Shown here: one piece after another, positions 60,915 through 64,000 of the stretch
How the letters are laid out: every line of letters begins with the position of its first letter
Numbering within the stretch: position 1 is the first letter of the stretch
Assembly: GCA_963699755.1 (NCBI GenBank)
Contig: CAVOVB010000007.1
Location: forward strand, 371,814 to 435,813
DNA: 64,000 bases
Direction: 5' to 3'
DNA from: an uncultured delta proteobacterium
Lineage (GTDB): Bacteria > Myxococcota_A > Polyangia > Polyangiales > Houyiibacteriaceae
Made by a program: the position numbers and the translations under genes
Notes under the pieces: generated by a model
Seen by the model: the letters and a program-made list of their open reading frames with translations, nothing else
Told to the model about the DNA's origin: nothing
Database searches by the model: none

Positions 60915-62768
60915 TCATTCCGTGCCCGAGCCTTTGGGAGGGTAGTCGAGTGTGTCGGCGAGCTCGCTGCGGATGTCGGCATCATGATCGGGAAACGGCA
61001 GGCGGTTTTCGTCTCGCCAGCGCGCGACCTCCGCCTCGGCAGCCTTGGCGAGCTCCGGATCGGGGTCTTCAGACTGCGTCAGGTAGAGGGTTTGAGAGGG
61101 GAAGGCAAAGCCGCAGCCTGCGTCTTCCACGATGTCTTTGATGCGCAGCATCACGTCTTCTTGGATCGCGAAGAACTCGTTGCGATCCTGAGTCGCGACG
61201 TACGCGAAGACCTCGACATCGAGTGACGAACTACCGTACCCCACGAATCGTACGCGCGCCGGATCGCGCAAAACCTTGGGGTGCTGGATCAAGAGCTCGC
61301 GTAACCGTACGAGGACGAGTCGCAATTGGTCGGGCGTGGTTTCGTAGCGAAGCTGGAGGGTGGTCTGTAGCAGGATGGAATCTCGGCGCGACAAGTTCGT
61401 GAGCTCGAGCTGGGAGAAGTCGGCATTCGGGATGGTGATCACCGTGCGATCGCGTCCGCGCACCCGAACCGAACGCAGGCCGATCGCCTCGACCGTCCCG
61501 AGCGTGTCACCAAATCGACACAACTCGCCGACCCGGACTGGCGCGTCGGCGAACAGGATGAAGCCTCCGATGACGTTCTCCAGTGTCGGGCGTATCGCAA
61601 GCGCGACCGCCAAGCCGCCGACGCCGAGCCCGGCGAGCATGGGGGCCACAGGCACACCGAGGCTTTCTGCCAGGCTCATCAGCACATAGACCGTGAGCAG
61701 CACGGCACCGAGCTTGGAAATCAGACGCACGAGTTGGGCATCGAGGGCATAGGCTCTCATGTCACGCACGTGAATGACGGCGTCGGCGACGAGCCTTGCG
61801 ACCGTGAACAGCAACCAGATGGCCGCGAGGTGACCGAGCGCGGAGAGCAGGCCGATGGTCACCGCTCGCTCAGCGCCTGTGAGACGGATCCAGTCGGCGA
61901 CCCCCCGCTGTACGAATGCGATCAACGCGATGGCGACGACGGGGCGAAGCGCGCGGAGCCGCGCAGTCACGCTCGAGGTCGATCGCTCCCGGTCGGCGAT
62001 GAATCCGGTCAATCTGTAGGTCAGGCTGAAGAAGATCAGGCCCATGAGAACGAGGATGGTCAGCGCGCTCCACTTCCAGAGCGGGACGCCACCCAAGGTC
62101 ATAAACCAGCGAGGTGGCAGCGCTTCGACCGCACGATGAAAAAACGCCGGTGCCGCGAATCCTGGCTGAAGGCGATACTTCTCCTGCACGCCGTCGAACT
62201 TCGCAAAGCGTTTCTTGACGGGCAGCGATTTTGCTCTTTCGAAAAATTCCGGCAGGCGCGCGACTGTCTCGGCCGAGAACCGATACTGCGGCGGTGCCCC
62301 GACAGCCGAGTCGATCCGCACGATGCGAAGCTCGGTAGGGGGAATCGTCCAGTACGCAGGCATGCGCTCCGGATCGAGGTCCGGACCCGGAATCTCCTTG
62401 CGAGCCGGAATGTCGATGCGAATGAGAATCTCGAAAAGGTAAAGTGAAGACTCGACCAACGCGCGAAGCTCGGGCTCGCTGCTTGGTCGGTCGACCTCGA
62501 GAGTCTGAAACAGGCGGTCGCGGTGGGCCCCTACCGCCTCTCGCTTTCCCTCGTAGGATGCCTCAATCGCGGCCGTGGCCTCGGTCAAGAACGTGTTCAG
62601 CGTCGCTTCGGGTGAGGAGACATCGGGTGGCTCGAGCGGGTGCGTTTCAGGGCCGCCGCTTTCGCCGGCTCCCGCACCAAGCGGAAGAGTCAGTACCGTG
62701 AGGGCCGCCAGGATGAATACAACACTGATTCGCGAAGACGGTCGTGTGAAAAGCAGACGTTCGGTCAT
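60915..62768 (-). CDS. MscS-family mechanosensitive channel
   Basis: 'AGLGVGGLAVALA..PTLENVIGG', 'GTVEAIGLRS', 'IPNADF', 'FAFPSQT'. Confidence 0.93.
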   Translation of the reverse strand: MTERLLFTRPSSRISVVFILAALTVLTLPLGAGAGESGGPETHPLEPPDVSSPEATLNTFLTEATAAIEASYEGKREAVGAHRDRLFQTLEVDRPSSEPELRALVESSLYLFEILIRIDIPARKEIPGPDLDPERMPAYWTIPPTELRIVRIDSAVGAPPQYRFSAETVARLPEFFERAKSLPVKKRFAKFDGVQEKYRLQPGFAAPAFFHRAVEALPPRWFMTLGGVPLWKWSALTILVLMGLIFFSLTYRLTGFIADRERSTSSVTARLRALRPVVAIALIAFVQRGVADWIRLTGAERAVTIGLLSALGHLAAIWLLFTVARLVADAVIHVRDMRAYALDAQLVRLISKLGAVLLTVYVLMSLAESLGVPVAPMLAGLGVGGLAVALAIRPTLENVIGGFILFADAPVRVGELCRFGDTLGTVEAIGLRSVRVRGRDRTVITIPNADFSQLELTNLSRRDSILLQTTLQLRYETTPDQLRLVLVRLRELLIQHPKVLRDPARVRFVGYGSSSLDVEVFAYVATQDRNEFFAIQEDVMLRIKDIVEDAGCGFAFPSQTLYLTQSEDPDPELAKAAEAEVARWRDENRLPFPDHDADIRSELADTLDYPPKGSGTE

Positions 62769-62826
62769 TGCAGATTGCTCCGTGGCGCTAGCTTAGTGGG
62801 TAAGACTAAAGGGCCCAGGCGCTTCG

Positions 62827-63978
62827 TCAGTTGAGTGGCAGTGTGAGCACAGGCCCGGCTTTCCTCGTGTTCCCGGACTGCAGTTGGAAGAGCTGATCGA
62901 GCAAGTTGAACGTCGACTTCGAGTTGAGGTCCGAGTCCTCGATGTAGAACCAGGTCCCGCGATACTCCACACGGACGAAGGCGTCGTTTGGGACCTGGTC
63001 GCTCGAGGCGACCCGAAACACCGCGCCGGTCAGCTCTCGCCATTCGAACTCGGTTCCGTCGCGATATCGGGTCACCGTCACTTTGCCGGCTTCGACGTCC
63101 TGCGGGGGCGGCTCGACGCCCTGCGAGAGATAGCTCATCACGCCGATGAGCGCGCGCGGCAAAATGCCGATTTCGCGAGGCGAGCGATAGGTCGGGTTCG
63201 TCGTCAAGAAGAACTCGTTGAGGTCCGACCGGATACCCAGAATCTCTTTCAAGCGTTTCGATTGCTCGGCGATCTCGGGAGCGTCCCCGAATACCAGGGT
63301 CATCACAAAGGGCGTCTCTGGGTCCCCGAGCGGGATCGTGTCGAGGGGCTCTTCGGGACCGAGGCGCCGGTAACGCAAATCCAACGCGTCGGCCTGGCTC
63401 ATTTCGTCGAACAGTGTTGCAACTTCGACGAATCGCTCGAAGTCCGGCGCGAGATCAGGCGTCGGCCCAGCCGCAGTAGGCGCGTTCCACACGTCGTTGA
63501 TCCGTTGGACACAGCAGCGCAGGAGACGTTCGAACCGCCAACCCGAGTGACTGAGGAGCACAATCGCCCCCATCGGTACGGGCGACAACAGGCGGTTCAC
63601 GAACGTTTCGCCTTGAAGCGGCGTGTACGTGATGGTGGGTCGGTCTTCGTAGTACACGTCGCCCCCAACGCCTCCCACTGCCTTATTGTCCGGCCCACCG
63701 ATTCCGCCTACCGATGCCGAGCCTGCAATACCCAGCACGTACTGGGTCGCGACGCTCGACACTTCGATGAAATAGGGGGTGTCGCGATAGCGGAGTCGGA
63801 CGAGGTTCGCGAGCATCTGCTCGTTGCGGGTATCGATGATGGCCGAGTTGTAGTCGAAGCGCGTCTTGCGGATCGATTTGGGACCGACCTTCGTACAACT
63901 CGACAGCAAGACCACAGTCATGACGCAGGCCAGACAAACAGGAAATAAACGGATGGCTATTCGCGATGCTGTCGTCAT
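62827..63978 (-). CDS. Hypothetical lipoprotein
   Basis: Lipobox 'LSSC'; 'QMLANLVRLRYRDTPYF', 'PTITYTPLQGE', 'YRGTWFYI'. Confidence 0.75.
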   Translation of the reverse strand: MTTASRIAIRLFPVCLACVMTVVLLSSCTKVGPKSIRKTRFDYNSAIIDTRNEQMLANLVRLRYRDTPYFIEVSSVATQYVLGIAGSASVGGIGGPDNKAVGGVGGDVYYEDRPTITYTPLQGETFVNRLLSPVPMGAIVLLSHSGWRFERLLRCCVQRINDVWNAPTAAGPTPDLAPDFERFVEVATLFDEMSQADALDLRYRRLGPEEPLDTIPLGDPETPFVMTLVFGDAPEIAEQSKRLKEILGIRSDLNEFFLTTNPTYRSPREIGILPRALIGVMSYLSQGVEPPPQDVEAGKVTVTRYRDGTEFEWRELTGAVFRVASSDQVPNDAFVRVEYRGTWFYIEDSDLNSKSTFNLLDQLFQLQSGNTRKAGPVLTLPLN

Positions 63979-64000
63979 CTCGGCGCGAAACGTATCTCAA

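Overview
High-GC bacterial DNA whose gene content (Gly-rich lipoproteins, vWA lipoprotein, Ser/Thr kinase with PEGA-like tail, MshEN/HEAT protein) points to a myxobacterium (Myxococcota, probably Polyangia-like); this is an inference. About 1-45 kb is mostly core genes: rsmE/prmA, an ATP synthase locus split into divergent atpF'FHAG and atpDC halves around a bactofilin and a beta-barrel gene, rnc, rhomboid, MATE, type II glutamine synthetase, AsmA, ATP-grasp/alpha-E and a pentaheme cytochrome. About 45.5-60.8 kb is an accessory mosaic: Hsp20 cluster, gene fragments, a complete IS110/IS1111-type element, an IS1202-like (ISNCY) element with a passenger gene and an orphan extra right end, a MarR/nucleotidyltransferase pair, an attP-like site built on a tRNA-Leu 5' half, and a mobC/relaxase module. 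Main findings: (1) the IS110 right end contains readable bridge-RNA-like guides that match its own target and donor junctions; (2) an unnamed 31-44 bp repeat occurs four times in the same orientation at module boundaries of the island, and both IS elements sit against copies of it, suggesting a site-specific recombination or cassette site; (3) an unrecombined attP with no integrase; (4) a membrane-anchored, apparently catalytically dead sigma54-activator homologue. All calls come from reading motifs by eye; no database searches were run.
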